64,000 bases of DNA, from the NCBI GenBank assembly GCA_003214855.1, contig QCLC01000005.1:2211-66210 (forward strand). The letters are read 5' to 3'. A program made the position numbers and the translations under genes. The notes beneath the pieces are model-generated. The model made no database searches and was not told the DNA's origin. It saw only the letters and a list, made by a program, of their open reading frames with translations. Within the stretch, counting starts at the first letter, position 1; each line of letters starts with the position of its first letter. Shown in pieces: positions 52,339 through 62,201 of the stretch. This DNA comes from Prochlorococcus sp. AG-412-I05. Lineage in GTDB: Bacteria; Cyanobacteriota; Cyanobacteriia; PCC-6307; Cyanobiaceae.

Positions 52339-54210
52339 TTGCATAAGAAACATCTGGGCAAGATACTTATCTGGGATTCGGAGACGCCTCCACCCAAATG
52401 CAATGAGACGATTTTATTGTGGAGTGCTTTCTCCGATGAGACAGCTCCTCATGCCGTATCAATTCCTACTCTCATTGAAACGAATGCCAATAAGCTTAAA
52501 TCCCAGTACCTAGAATACATATATGAGCTAGGCGAATTATGCCCAAAGGGTCGCCGTCTAATTGACCACCTGGAGCTTCGACCAGGGTTTAGTTATTGGT
52601 GGATGTCACAGATCGTGGAGAGTGCCTACGATAAATCCCTCCAATTAGTGAATATATTAGGTATACTTGCCTTCACAAATTGGGCCGAAAGATTCTTCAT
52701 TGATCAAATCTTGCTGGTAACAGCAAATCGATCTTTAGCCGAGTCAATGAGACGGTGGTGTGCAAATAAGGATGTAGCATTTGAATGGCGACACGTAAAG
52801 AAAACACAGAATCGGCAGTCCTTTAGGCACATTTTCAAATTTACCCTAGCTCCCATTAGAGCCATCTCATGGTTACTGCACTACTGGGCTACACGTTACC
52901 AGTTGAAAGGGTTCGGCATCAAACAATGGCAAAAGACATGCGCAGGCATCACTTTTGTTCCCTATTTATTTAATATGCTTCCAGATGCCGCGAACGAAGG
53001 TCGCTACGCAACTTACTACTTTGCCCACCTACCAGAGACTCTAATAAGCAATGGCTATAAAACAAATTGGCTACATTTGTATTGCGGCTCTGAATTAATC
53101 CCAAATAGCAAAAAAGCTGCCCAATTTATTCACCTATTTAACAAAGATAGTCAAGGCAGTCAATGTCATACCACGCTTGATTCTTTCCTTAGCATTCGAA
53201 TTATTCTTCAAACCATTGGTGACTGGATCAAGATTGCATTACCTGCATATAGGGTAACACTTGATTTAAGTCACAACAGCAATTCCAAGACATATTTATG
53301 GCCCCTTTTGTCAAAAGATTGGAGGGAGTCCTTCTTTGGTCCTAACGCGATCAGCAACTTACTGTTCTTAAATTTATTCGAAGAATCGATGAGCACTTTG
53401 CCTCATCAACAAATCGGTTTTTATCTTCAGGAGAATCAGGCATGGGAGATGGCTTTCATCTATGCCTGGAAGGCTGCTGGCCATGGCAGACTAATCGGTG
53501 TTCCTCACTCAACTGTACGGTTTTGGGATCTTAGATACTTCTACGATCCACTCACTTTCCAGCGCGACCGGAAGAATGTCTTACCAATGCCAGATGCGGT
53601 GGCTCTTAATGGCCCAGCGGCTACCAGCGCTTATCTATTAGGTGGTTATCCCGCAGAGAAAATAGTGAAGGTAGAAGCCCTTCGCTTTCTATATCTTGCG
53701 AATGCACATTTACGTAAACCTTTATCTATATCACCTAATAGTCCAATGCACTTATTGGTTCTGGGAGACTATTTCGAGCGCAACACAAAAACACAACTTC
53801 GTCTTTTGGGGGAAGCTGTAAAGTCATTTCCTCATGATCTTAAAATTACAGTCAAACCACACCCAGCCCGCTCTGTATTCGCAGCGGACTACCCAAATCT
53901 AAAAATGCAAGTAGTTGCTGAGCCTGTTGCTCAACTTCTTAATCAATGTCATATAGCCTACACCAGTTCGATCACCGCGGCTGCAGTCGATGCTTACTTA
54001 ACCGGTGTGCCAGTGGTGACTCTGTTAGATTCAACTCAGCTAAACCTGAGTCCATTGCGCGGCCTGGATGATGTGTTTTTTGTAAGTAGTGCGGTTGAAT
54101 TATGTAATGCACTCAAAACAATCATGATAGCACCGCCCAGGGCTATCCCCAAGAACGAGTTTTTCAACCTCGACAAAGACTTACCTCGATGGCGAGATTT
54201 GCTGACCTAA
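52339..54210 (+). CDS. Surface carbohydrate biosynthesis protein (TIGR04326-like, putative transferase)
   Basis: FSYWWMS, YLQENQAWE, GVPHSTVRFWDLRYF, KVEALRF, VKPHP, TAAAVDAY...NLSPLRG. Confidence 0.7.
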   Translation: MHKKHLGKILIWDSETPPPKCNETILLWSAFSDETAPHAVSIPTLIETNANKLKSQYLEYIYELGELCPKGRRLIDHLELRPGFSYWWMSQIVESAYDKSLQLVNILGILAFTNWAERFFIDQILLVTANRSLAESMRRWCANKDVAFEWRHVKKTQNRQSFRHIFKFTLAPIRAISWLLHYWATRYQLKGFGIKQWQKTCAGITFVPYLFNMLPDAANEGRYATYYFAHLPETLISNGYKTNWLHLYCGSELIPNSKKAAQFIHLFNKDSQGSQCHTTLDSFLSIRIILQTIGDWIKIALPAYRVTLDLSHNSNSKTYLWPLLSKDWRESFFGPNAISNLLFLNLFEESMSTLPHQQIGFYLQENQAWEMAFIYAWKAAGHGRLIGVPHSTVRFWDLRYFYDPLTFQRDRKNVLPMPDAVALNGPAATSAYLLGGYPAEKIVKVEALRFLYLANAHLRKPLSISPNSPMHLLVLGDYFERNTKTQLRLLGEAVKSFPHDLKITVKPHPARSVFAADYPNLKMQVVAEPVAQLLNQCHIAYTSSITAAAVDAYLTGVPVVTLLDSTQLNLSPLRGLDDVFFVSSAVELCNALKTIMIAPPRAIPKNEFFNLDKDLPRWRDLLT

Positions 54211-54218
54211 CTGAGTAA

Positions 54219-55106
54219 ATGAATGTAACCCTAAACAATCTAATGAAGGTACCTTATTTCTTGAGTTCACTACAGAAAGACACTAATGACATTTTTGGTC
54301 AAGTAATGGTCTCAGGGCCTCAGGCATCAGAACACGCATTGCGTGAAAAAATCGCCACTCAGAGCTACAACAATTACCTTCACGAAATATCCAAACATCA
54401 CAGCATAGAAGTTATGGATAGGGAAATAGAATTATTTCTCACTGCAATACCGAGGAATGGAGTCATCTGTGATGTAGGTGGAGGCTGGGGCTGGCATTGG
54501 CGAAAACTTTATCGATTTCGTCCAGACGTTAATGTGGTGATTGTAGATTTCTGCAAGAGCAATTTACACCATGCTAAAAACCTTCTCAAAGATAGTGTCG
54601 GCAAAACCATTTGGCTCGTTCATGGTGATGCTACGCGACTAGAATTCGACTCTGGCACCTTTGATGGATACTGGTCAGTGCAAACCTTGCAGCACATTCC
54701 AGATTTCGAGCAGAGTATTACTGAGGCTCTCAGAGTTTTAAAGGCAGGCGGAGTATTTGCTAACTACTCTTTAAACTATTCTTGGCCAATGGCACTTCTT
54801 TATCATTTACTTCGTCGGCAGTACTCAATCAAAACCCAAATCAAAACCAATTATTATTTGAATCGCGCCGATAGGCAACAGGGAGTTACTATTAGTCATT
54901 TGTTCAATAGCCATGTAGTGAAAAGATATAGTGAAATACTTTTCAAACCTGGATTTAAGTGTCATTTTCCAGGCAAGAACAGATCATGGTGGGGAAAGTT
55001 GGATGCCCTAATGAGTAGTGATTCCCCACTCTTTGCTTGGATGGCCCGGCAGCGATCATTTCACACCAAGAAACCTTTAAAAATGACTTCATACTATTTT
55101 CAATAA
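54219..55106 (+). CDS. Class I SAM-dependent methyltransferase
   Basis: ICDVGGGWG, HGDATRLEF, TLQHIPD, EALRVLKAGG. Confidence 0.87.
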   Translation: MNVTLNNLMKVPYFLSSLQKDTNDIFGQVMVSGPQASEHALREKIATQSYNNYLHEISKHHSIEVMDREIELFLTAIPRNGVICDVGGGWGWHWRKLYRFRPDVNVVIVDFCKSNLHHAKNLLKDSVGKTIWLVHGDATRLEFDSGTFDGYWSVQTLQHIPDFEQSITEALRVLKAGGVFANYSLNYSWPMALLYHLLRRQYSIKTQIKTNYYLNRADRQQGVTISHLFNSHVVKRYSEILFKPGFKCHFPGKNRSWWGKLDALMSSDSPLFAWMARQRSFHTKKPLKMTSYYFQ

Positions 55107-55127
55107 ACTATTTAGGCAATCATCTAA

Positions 55128-56225
55128 ATGTCTCTGCAAGATTTTTTCAACCAAAAAACTGTTCTTATCACTGGCCACACTGGTTTTAAGGGAGCGTGGC
55201 TCACTGCCTGGTTAAAACAGCTTGGTGCTCAAATTGTGGGTGTTGCCCTCGATCCACCTACTCATCCCTCGCATTTTGCTGCAGCCAAGCTGGCCGACGG
55301 GATCACAGATCATCTAGTCGATATTCGTAATCAAAATCAGCTGCAAGAGTTGATTCTTTCCACTCAACCCGATTTCGTGTTTCACCTTGCCGCTCAGGCA
55401 CTAGTGCGTCATTCATACTCTAGTCCTGTTGAAACATGGCAGATAAATGTTTTGGGAACATTGTATTTGCTCGAAGCGCTGCGGAAGTTAGATAAAGCTT
55501 GTGCAGCAGTAATTATCACAAGTGATAAGTGCTACGACAACGTAGAGTGGGTCTGGGGTTATCGAGAGAACGATGCCTTGGGTGGACCTGACCCATACAG
55601 CGCCTCAAAAGGTGCAGCAGAGTTGGTAATACGATCCCATATCAAGTCGTACTTCTCAGGTGATACCAAGCCTGTGCGTATCGCATCGGCCCGGGCCGGT
55701 AATGTGATTGGTGGTGGCGATTGGGCAGCAGATCGCATAATGCCCGACTGCGTTAAGGCCTGGTCTATCGGTGAGAAGGTCAAGTTACGCAATCCCCATT
55801 CCACGCGACCCTGGCAACATGTATTAGAGCCCTTGAGCGGCTATTTGAATCTAGCGATCGCTTTGACTCAACACCCTGGGTTGCATGGTGAGGCGTTCAA
55901 TTTCGGCCCGGGTGCGCAACAAAATCACAGCGTCTTGGAATTGGTGAAGGAAATGTCCCAACATTGGCCTCAGGTGCGATGGCAGGATGTGTCAACCACA
56001 AGCTTTGGTCCGTATGAATCCGGTTTACTTAAACTCAACTGCGACAAGGCCCTACACGAGTTGCGATGGCATGCCGTCATGGGTTTTCAGGAAACAGTTA
56101 AAATGACCGCCGATTGGTATCGAGTCTTTTACGAAAAGCAGTCACCAATTTGTGAAATCACAAAAGCACAGATACATGACTACACATTGCTAGCAAAACA
56201 GAGGGAATTGCAATGGGCACAATGA
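55128..56225 (+). CDS. rfbG: CDP-glucose 4,6-dehydratase
   Basis: ITGHTGFKGAWL, HLAAQALVR, ITSDKCY, DPYSASK, RAGNVIGGGDW, RPWQHVLEPL. Confidence 0.95.
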   Translation: MSLQDFFNQKTVLITGHTGFKGAWLTAWLKQLGAQIVGVALDPPTHPSHFAAAKLADGITDHLVDIRNQNQLQELILSTQPDFVFHLAAQALVRHSYSSPVETWQINVLGTLYLLEALRKLDKACAAVIITSDKCYDNVEWVWGYRENDALGGPDPYSASKGAAELVIRSHIKSYFSGDTKPVRIASARAGNVIGGGDWAADRIMPDCVKAWSIGEKVKLRNPHSTRPWQHVLEPLSGYLNLAIALTQHPGLHGEAFNFGPGAQQNHSVLELVKEMSQHWPQVRWQDVSTTSFGPYESGLLKLNCDKALHELRWHAVMGFQETVKMTADWYRVFYEKQSPICEITKAQIHDYTLLAKQRELQWAQ

Positions 56226-56638
56226 GCATTGAAGATATCCTGGTAACGCCTTTGCGGCGTATAGAAACTATTGGTGGCGATGTCCTGCACGCCCTTAAAG
56301 AAGGTGATGAAGGATTTGCAGGATTTGGCGAGGCCTACTTTTCCTGGATCGAAGGAGGGGCCGTAAAGGCTTGGAAACGTCATACGCGTATGACAATGAA
56401 CCTAGTTGTGCCGATAGGGGAAGTTAGGTTCGTTTTTTGTCAAAGCAATGAACAATACAGGATAGAAGAAATTGGAGTCAATAACTACGCCAGACTTACC
56501 ATTCCGCCAGGTATTTGGCATGGCTTCAAAGGCCTCAGCAAAACAAATAGTTTGATCATGGATGTCGCCAACATCCGGCATGACCCCAATGAGGTGGAGC
56601 GTCTTCAAAAGTTTGATTTCGATTATTCCTGGGATTAA
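56213..56638 (+). CDS. NDP-4-keto-6-deoxyhexose 3,5-epimerase (RmlC-like cupin)
   Basis: GFGEAYFS, KAWKRH, RLTIPPGIWHGF. Confidence 0.87.
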   Translation: MGTMSIEDILVTPLRRIETIGGDVLHALKEGDEGFAGFGEAYFSWIEGGAVKAWKRHTRMTMNLVVPIGEVRFVFCQSNEQYRIEEIGVNNYARLTIPPGIWHGFKGLSKTNSLIMDVANIRHDPNEVERLQKFDFDYSWD

Positions 56639-56641
56639 TCG

Positions 56642-57270
56642 ATGAAAGTAATCAAACCTTGATGATTGCTTTAGTTACCATTTAGATGAATACACGGAGG
56701 TGATCAAAGAATATTTTCTACCCTGCCAGGTGCTTAATACTGATTTCACCGTTGACTTCTCTCTAGGTAGTAAGATTCTCATCAACAACAGACGATAGAT
56801 ACGCGAGTCACCCTTGTTCATCCAGGTGAAGCCCCGATAAAAGTTGCCGCCTTCGTCGCATGAAAGCATATGTCTACAACGACACGTGTATGCCCACATA
56901 TTGATATGGAATCGTCAATGTCGATCTGAAGGCACTCGCGTTTCATCGCAGACATAGTAAGCTGGTTTAGATGAGAGAAGTTCGTGCTACGGCGAACTGG
57001 AACTTGACATCTCACCTTTCAAGAGTTTCAAGGACAACCCCAGCTCCACGAGGGCTGGATCAATAGGGGGGTTTCTTTGTAATCGGGCGCGCCTTTTTTG
57101 ACTGGATTACCAGAGATGAGATTCTGGTGAAGCGTCAAACTCTCGAAAATCAGAACCATGTACAAACTGATGGCCTTTCGCCATAAACGATGCTGGCAAT
57201 GCATTGATGCCAAGTCAGATCACGAATTGAACGAGACGCTTTGGTCCAAATGGCCCCCACGTGCACAGCA
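56642..57270 (+). pseudogene. rfbF: Glucose-1-phosphate cytidylyltransferase pseudogene
   Basis: Hand-read fragments across frames: MKVI, HLDEYTEVIKEYFL...LNTDFTVDF, CMPTY*YGIVNVDLKALAFHRRHSKLV, YGELELD, PQLHEGWIN, LMAFRHKRCWQCIDAKSDHELNETLW. Confidence 0.82.
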
Positions 57271-57273
57271 AAA

Positions 57274-58227
57274 ATGCGCGTTTTAATAACGGGCGGAATG
57301 GGTTATGTGGGCGGACGACTCGCAGTACACCTATCTGAAATCGGTCATACTGTGCTTATAGGGACGCGCAGGGCAGTCGATTCACCTGAATGGCTACCCA
57401 CTGCGGAGACACGTCAGATTGATTGGCATGTTCCTGAAGCTTTGCTTCATGTCTGCGAAGAGGTGGATGCGATCGTTCATGCTGCTGGTATGAACGCCCA
57501 GGATTGCGCTGCAGCACCCGCATCAGCCCTGGAATTTAATGGAGTAGCAACCGCCCGTTTGGTGGATGCGGCCATACACTCTGAGGTGAAGAAGTTCCTT
57601 TACCTATCTACTGCCCATATTTATGGAAGTCCATTGACTGGCGTGATCACTGAAGAGACCTGCCCTCGAAATTATCATCCATACGCAACATCACATCTAG
57701 CAGGGGAGCACGCTGTAATGCTTGCAGCTGAGCGACAAAAAATGAGAGGATTTGTCATTCGCTTATCTAATGCAATAGGTCCTCCAGTTCACCCAAGGGC
57801 GAACTGCTGGATGCTGTTGTTTAATGACCTTTGCCTACAAGCTGTTAGGCATCAAAGGTTGTCTCTCTCTTCAGATGGGACCGCACAGCGTGATTTCCTG
57901 CCGATGAAAGATGTTTGCTATTCGATCGAATTCCTTATTTCATCACTTGGTTCTGAAGTCCCATCACAAATATTGAATCTCGGTAGCGAACAATCGTTGA
58001 GCATTCTGGAGGCTGCGAATAAAATTTCAAAGCGTTGCGAATCAGTCTTTGGTTTTCGTCCAAAAATAAGTCGGCAATCCGAAACGAATTGCTCAACACT
58101 CTCCAGAAAAATTGCTTACAGCTGTGGGAGAATAAAGGCATTAGGTGCATGTCTTAAAAACAACGTAAACGAGGCAATAGACGACACACTCAACTACTGC
58201 AATACTAACCAAGATCTTATTCCATGA
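57274..58227 (+). CDS. NAD-dependent epimerase/dehydratase (probable 4-ketoreductase)
   Basis: LITGGMGYVG, YLSTAHIYG, PYATSH (YxxxK Lys replaced by His), RLSN, QRDF. Confidence 0.85.
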   Translation: MRVLITGGMGYVGGRLAVHLSEIGHTVLIGTRRAVDSPEWLPTAETRQIDWHVPEALLHVCEEVDAIVHAAGMNAQDCAAAPASALEFNGVATARLVDAAIHSEVKKFLYLSTAHIYGSPLTGVITEETCPRNYHPYATSHLAGEHAVMLAAERQKMRGFVIRLSNAIGPPVHPRANCWMLLFNDLCLQAVRHQRLSLSSDGTAQRDFLPMKDVCYSIEFLISSLGSEVPSQILNLGSEQSLSILEAANKISKRCESVFGFRPKISRQSETNCSTLSRKIAYSCGRIKALGACLKNNVNEAIDDTLNYCNTNQDLIP

Positions 58228-59129
58228 GCACTTTACCTTGCATTAGTATCATCATACCTACTTATAATCAAGGGCACCTTATTGGCGAATGCCTCGAATC
58301 TATACGTTCTCAAACAGTATCAGACTGGGAAGCTATCGTTGTTAATAATTTTTCTGACGACAACACAGAGCAAATCGTAGAAAATTTCCAGGATTCACGT
58401 ATTCGCCTTTTACGTTTTCGCAATCATGGAGTGATTGCAGCATCCCGAAATGAGGGCGTCAAGCAAGCAAAAGCACCCTTTTTGGCATTTTTGGATTCAG
58501 ACGATGTTTGGTACCCAACTAAAGTCGAAAAAGCATTGGAAGCCATGCAGGTTGGCCATGAGATTATTTGCCATGCAGAAAAATGGGTCCATCAAGATGG
58601 GGCAAAGCGGGTGTTCAAATACGGTCCAGCCATTCGCGCAAGCTATTCTCATTTGCTGTTCGATGGCAATTGCCTTTCAACTTCTGCCGTAACCATGTCC
58701 AAAGGCCTGTTCAAAGCTGTAGGAGGCTTTTCCGAAAAGCATGCCTACATTACGGCTGAAGATTATGACTTATGGCTAAATATCACGCGCATAGGCACAT
58801 CTATTTATTTTATCGATAACGTTTTGGGTGAATATAGACTTCATGGTGAAAATCAAAGTTCTGCAGCAGAGCGAAACTATCGGGCAATAATGGAGGTCCT
58901 GAAATTTCATTTTTCCACGCATATGCAACCCACAATTATCAACAGAATAAAAATTCAACGGCGATTTGCCTTGGCTGCTTATGGCTGCGGCCGATCCTTA
59001 CAAGCACAAAAACATTACAAGCTTGCCTATAGATGGTTAATAAAGTCAATCTACTTGTGGCCCTTTACTACTAAACAGTGGGCTGCGCTAGTGTTAAATA
59101 TCTTAGGCAGCATTCGGTCGGTCAATTAA
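58224..59129 (+). CDS. GT2 family glycosyltransferase
   Basis: SIIIPTYN, IAASRNEG, AFLDSDD, AEDYDLWL. Confidence 0.92.
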   Translation: MSTLPCISIIIPTYNQGHLIGECLESIRSQTVSDWEAIVVNNFSDDNTEQIVENFQDSRIRLLRFRNHGVIAASRNEGVKQAKAPFLAFLDSDDVWYPTKVEKALEAMQVGHEIICHAEKWVHQDGAKRVFKYGPAIRASYSHLLFDGNCLSTSAVTMSKGLFKAVGGFSEKHAYITAEDYDLWLNITRIGTSIYFIDNVLGEYRLHGENQSSAAERNYRAIMEVLKFHFSTHMQPTIINRIKIQRRFALAAYGCGRSLQAQKHYKLAYRWLIKSIYLWPFTTKQWAALVLNILGSIRSVN

Positions 59130-59152
59130 TAAAATTTAGATTTTAAAAAATC

Positions 59153-60028
59153 ATGTCCATAGCTCATAAAGCCCTAGCAGCTCTCTACCCCGCCCTAAGG
59201 CTTTACAACCAACTTCTGTCAATCACCTTTTCGTCAATGCCGCCTGTCCGGATATTGATCTACCACGATATTCCTCCCTCACAAGAGGAAAATTTTTCCA
59301 GGCAACTGCGTTTTCTGCAGCAATCATGGCAGTTCATAACACCACAACAATTTAACGAATATCTTTCAGGGTCTAGAACTTTAAAGAAGCGCAGTCTGCT
59401 GCTCTCATTTGATGACGGCTATCTTTCTAACCTACATATCGCCAAAAGTATTCTCAAGCCTTTGGGCATCTCAGCCCTGTTTTTCATCGTCTCCGATTTC
59501 ATGGATCTTACTAGTCCAATCGATGCTCGCTTATATATCAAAGAACATTTTTTCTCTGGGCAGAAGCAAATACCTGTTCCCCTTCACTGTCAAAATATGA
59601 ACTGGAGTGATCTTAAATATCTGTTAAAGCAAGGGCACACTATTGGAGCGCACACAAAAAGCCACGCCCGTTTATCGGAAGTGGATGAAGGTGAGTTATG
59701 GGAAGAAATCGTGGCGAGTGCCGACCGAATAGAACAACAACTAGGCATCACTGTCAAGCACTTCGCCTACACCTTTGGCGATCTTAAAAGCTTTAATTCA
59801 CAAGCATTTGAGGTAGCTTACAAGCGCTTTGATATGGTCTTTACGGGACTGCGCGGACCAAATCTACCCAATGTAAATCCACTTGCATTACGTCGCGACG
59901 CAATATGCCCCTCTAATTCACACTTTCAAATTGGTGCTCTTCTTGAGGGGGGTGCAGATCAGCTGTATAGGTCTTCTTTAAAGACTTACATGAGCTGGGC
60001 TCACCCTCCGAGAAGGTTTCAATCTTGA
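59153..60028 (+). CDS. Polysaccharide deacetylase (CE4)
   Basis: ILIYHDI, LSFDDG, GHTIGAHTKSH, FAYTFG. Confidence 0.9.
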   Translation: MSIAHKALAALYPALRLYNQLLSITFSSMPPVRILIYHDIPPSQEENFSRQLRFLQQSWQFITPQQFNEYLSGSRTLKKRSLLLSFDDGYLSNLHIAKSILKPLGISALFFIVSDFMDLTSPIDARLYIKEHFFSGQKQIPVPLHCQNMNWSDLKYLLKQGHTIGAHTKSHARLSEVDEGELWEEIVASADRIEQQLGITVKHFAYTFGDLKSFNSQAFEVAYKRFDMVFTGLRGPNLPNVNPLALRRDAICPSNSHFQIGALLEGGADQLYRSSLKTYMSWAHPPRRFQS

Positions 60029-60029
60029 T

Positions 60030-62201
60030 ATGGCGCTCGCTTCTTCAACCATCACCTTGGCACCCCTGCCAACGATTCGGCAACTTGTTCGTGCGCTATG
60101 TCTCCCGCCACTAGACGGAGAAAGGCTGGCCTCTAACTGGCAACGCCCTGGGGATTCGGCACTCTGGTTTTCTCGTTCCGCTTGGTCGCTGGCCGCAATC
60201 GCTTGCCTTCGAAAGGCGCACAAACACAAAACGAGAATTTGTGTTTGGCTACCTGATTTTTTTTGCAATTCCTCGCTCTCCTTGCTGCGAGACCAAAATG
60301 TGGAGCTCGTCTTTTATGCGATCGACGAGAACTTGCACCCTGAGGAGGATGACTTTCAGGAGCTTGTCAACCGTCTGCCCCCAGACCTTTTTCTGATCGT
60401 TCACTATTTCGGACAAGCCACACCGATCTCAACAGGAATTAGGTTCCTTTGCAATCAACACAATGCCTGGCTCATCGAAGATGCAGCTCATGTGCTGCGT
60501 CCGATTAAGGGAGTTGGAGAGGCCGGTGATTTCGTGCTGTATAGCCCTCATAAGCACTTGCCGCTGCCTGACGGCGCCGTGCTGATGTTCACCGCGCGTG
60601 GAGCGCAACATCTGGCGGACGGGGCGCAGGTTATTTCTCAATTGACCACCATTCGAAGAGATCTTCGAAAGAGATATCTTCATCTTTACTCCCTTTCAGC
60701 TGAGCCATGGGCGTGGCTTTTCAAACGGATCATGCAGCAAGTAGGCATTCGCTGTATACCACCCACCATCAGTTTCAAACACGACCTGCCGAGTTCTATA
60801 CAGACTGTATCCCCACGCATGTCAACCTTAGGCCGCAGGCTCCTAGCTCCCTTGTTGGCTGATTTAGAGGCATTTGGTCGGCAGCGCAAGGAATTGGACT
60901 TCCTCTGGGATCAGGTGATTCAGCTTTCAGGAACTCAAGCCACCCGCATTCCCCGAGCTGCAGCTCCTTATCTCGCAGGGTTCCGCCTGCCAAGCGGCTT
61001 ACCCATTGAAGAAGAATCTCGACGAAGCATATTGAAACTCCATCGAGCAGGTATGCCGTTCACAACTTGGCCTGATTTGCCTCCTGAGGTGGTGGCGAAT
61101 CCCGAGCGACATGCAACCGCGATTCGACTTCGAAGCACTGACGTCTATCTGCCCTTGCATGCATCGGTCTCCCCTAAAGCAGCTCAACGATTAACCCGAA
61201 GAATGCTCATCTCTAGGCTGCACGGTTGGCAAATTGAAGCCATCGATCGAACTGAATGGCGAGAACTTGAGAGGCACTGCACGCAAGTAAACATGCTCCA
61301 AACCTGGGAATACGGCGAGGCCAAACGAACTGCAGAAGGCTGGCAACCCAAGCGTTTCTGTATTCGAGATCAAAACAAGAAACCCGTGGCGATCGTGCAG
61401 GTGTTACTGAAAAGACTTTACGGGTTTGGTTATGTAGCCAGGATCAATCGAGGCCCACTGCTCTTAGAGGGAAGCATGAATCCTGAAATGCCCTCTGTAA
61501 TGGCCTCCAAGGCAATTGCACTTTTGCGGGAAAGCATGAGGAAACAAGGTTGGCGCCTACTCACGATTGCCCCTGAAATGCTAGACACCTGGCAACATCG
61601 TTTTGTGCTTAAGGCTCTGGGCTTTAAGAAGCGCAGGAAAATGGCTAACTGGACATCAGGTCGGCTAGAGCTAAAGAAGGAAGATAAGGTCTTGCTAAAA
61701 GAATTGAAGTCAAATTGGCGGAATAAACTTCGCAAAAGTCAAGAGATTGAAATAGCAATCAAAGAAAAATGGCTCGAGTTAAAGGAGATTGAAGCTCTAA
61801 TTCAAAATTACCAAACCCACCAGCAGAGGCAAGCTTATACAGGTATACCCGAGCGGCTGGTTAGAGCTATTTGCATGCAACAAACTGAAGATTTTCGGTT
61901 ATGTCTCTTTGCCTGTTTTGCCAAAAATGATATACTTAAGGAACTTAAATGTCTTGGACAAGTGGTTACTGTGCATGCCGGCGATACCGCTACCTACTTG
62001 ATCGGGCTGGCCACACCGGCAGGGCGCCAAGCGCAGGCTAATACTGCCCTGTTATGGCATGCCATCTTACACGCGAAGCACCAAGGCTGCGCCTGGTTCG
62101 ACGTGGGCGGATTAGGAGAAGGTGATACAGCTAATGTATCAGTTTTTAAAAGAGGTTTGAATGCTGCAGAGTATTCACTGGTGGGTGAATGGTGGAGTTA
62201 A
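60030..62201 (+). CDS. Fusion: DegT-like PLP aminotransferase domain + FemAB/GNAT peptidyl-transferase domain
   Basis: N-half: LPDFFC, VHYFG, LIEDAAH, SPHKHLPLPDGA, WPDLP. C-half: NMLQTWEYGEAK, RGPL, WRNKLRKS, LLWHAILHAKHQGCAWFDVGG, FKRGL. Confidence 0.8.
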   Translation: MALASSTITLAPLPTIRQLVRALCLPPLDGERLASNWQRPGDSALWFSRSAWSLAAIACLRKAHKHKTRICVWLPDFFCNSSLSLLRDQNVELVFYAIDENLHPEEDDFQELVNRLPPDLFLIVHYFGQATPISTGIRFLCNQHNAWLIEDAAHVLRPIKGVGEAGDFVLYSPHKHLPLPDGAVLMFTARGAQHLADGAQVISQLTTIRRDLRKRYLHLYSLSAEPWAWLFKRIMQQVGIRCIPPTISFKHDLPSSIQTVSPRMSTLGRRLLAPLLADLEAFGRQRKELDFLWDQVIQLSGTQATRIPRAAAPYLAGFRLPSGLPIEEESRRSILKLHRAGMPFTTWPDLPPEVVANPERHATAIRLRSTDVYLPLHASVSPKAAQRLTRRMLISRLHGWQIEAIDRTEWRELERHCTQVNMLQTWEYGEAKRTAEGWQPKRFCIRDQNKKPVAIVQVLLKRLYGFGYVARINRGPLLLEGSMNPEMPSVMASKAIALLRESMRKQGWRLLTIAPEMLDTWQHRFVLKALGFKKRRKMANWTSGRLELKKEDKVLLKELKSNWRNKLRKSQEIEIAIKEKWLELKEIEALIQNYQTHQQRQAYTGIPERLVRAICMQQTEDFRLCLFACFAKNDILKELKCLGQVVTVHAGDTATYLIGLATPAGRQAQANTALLWHAILHAKHQGCAWFDVGGLGEGDTANVSVFKRGLNAAEYSLVGEWWS

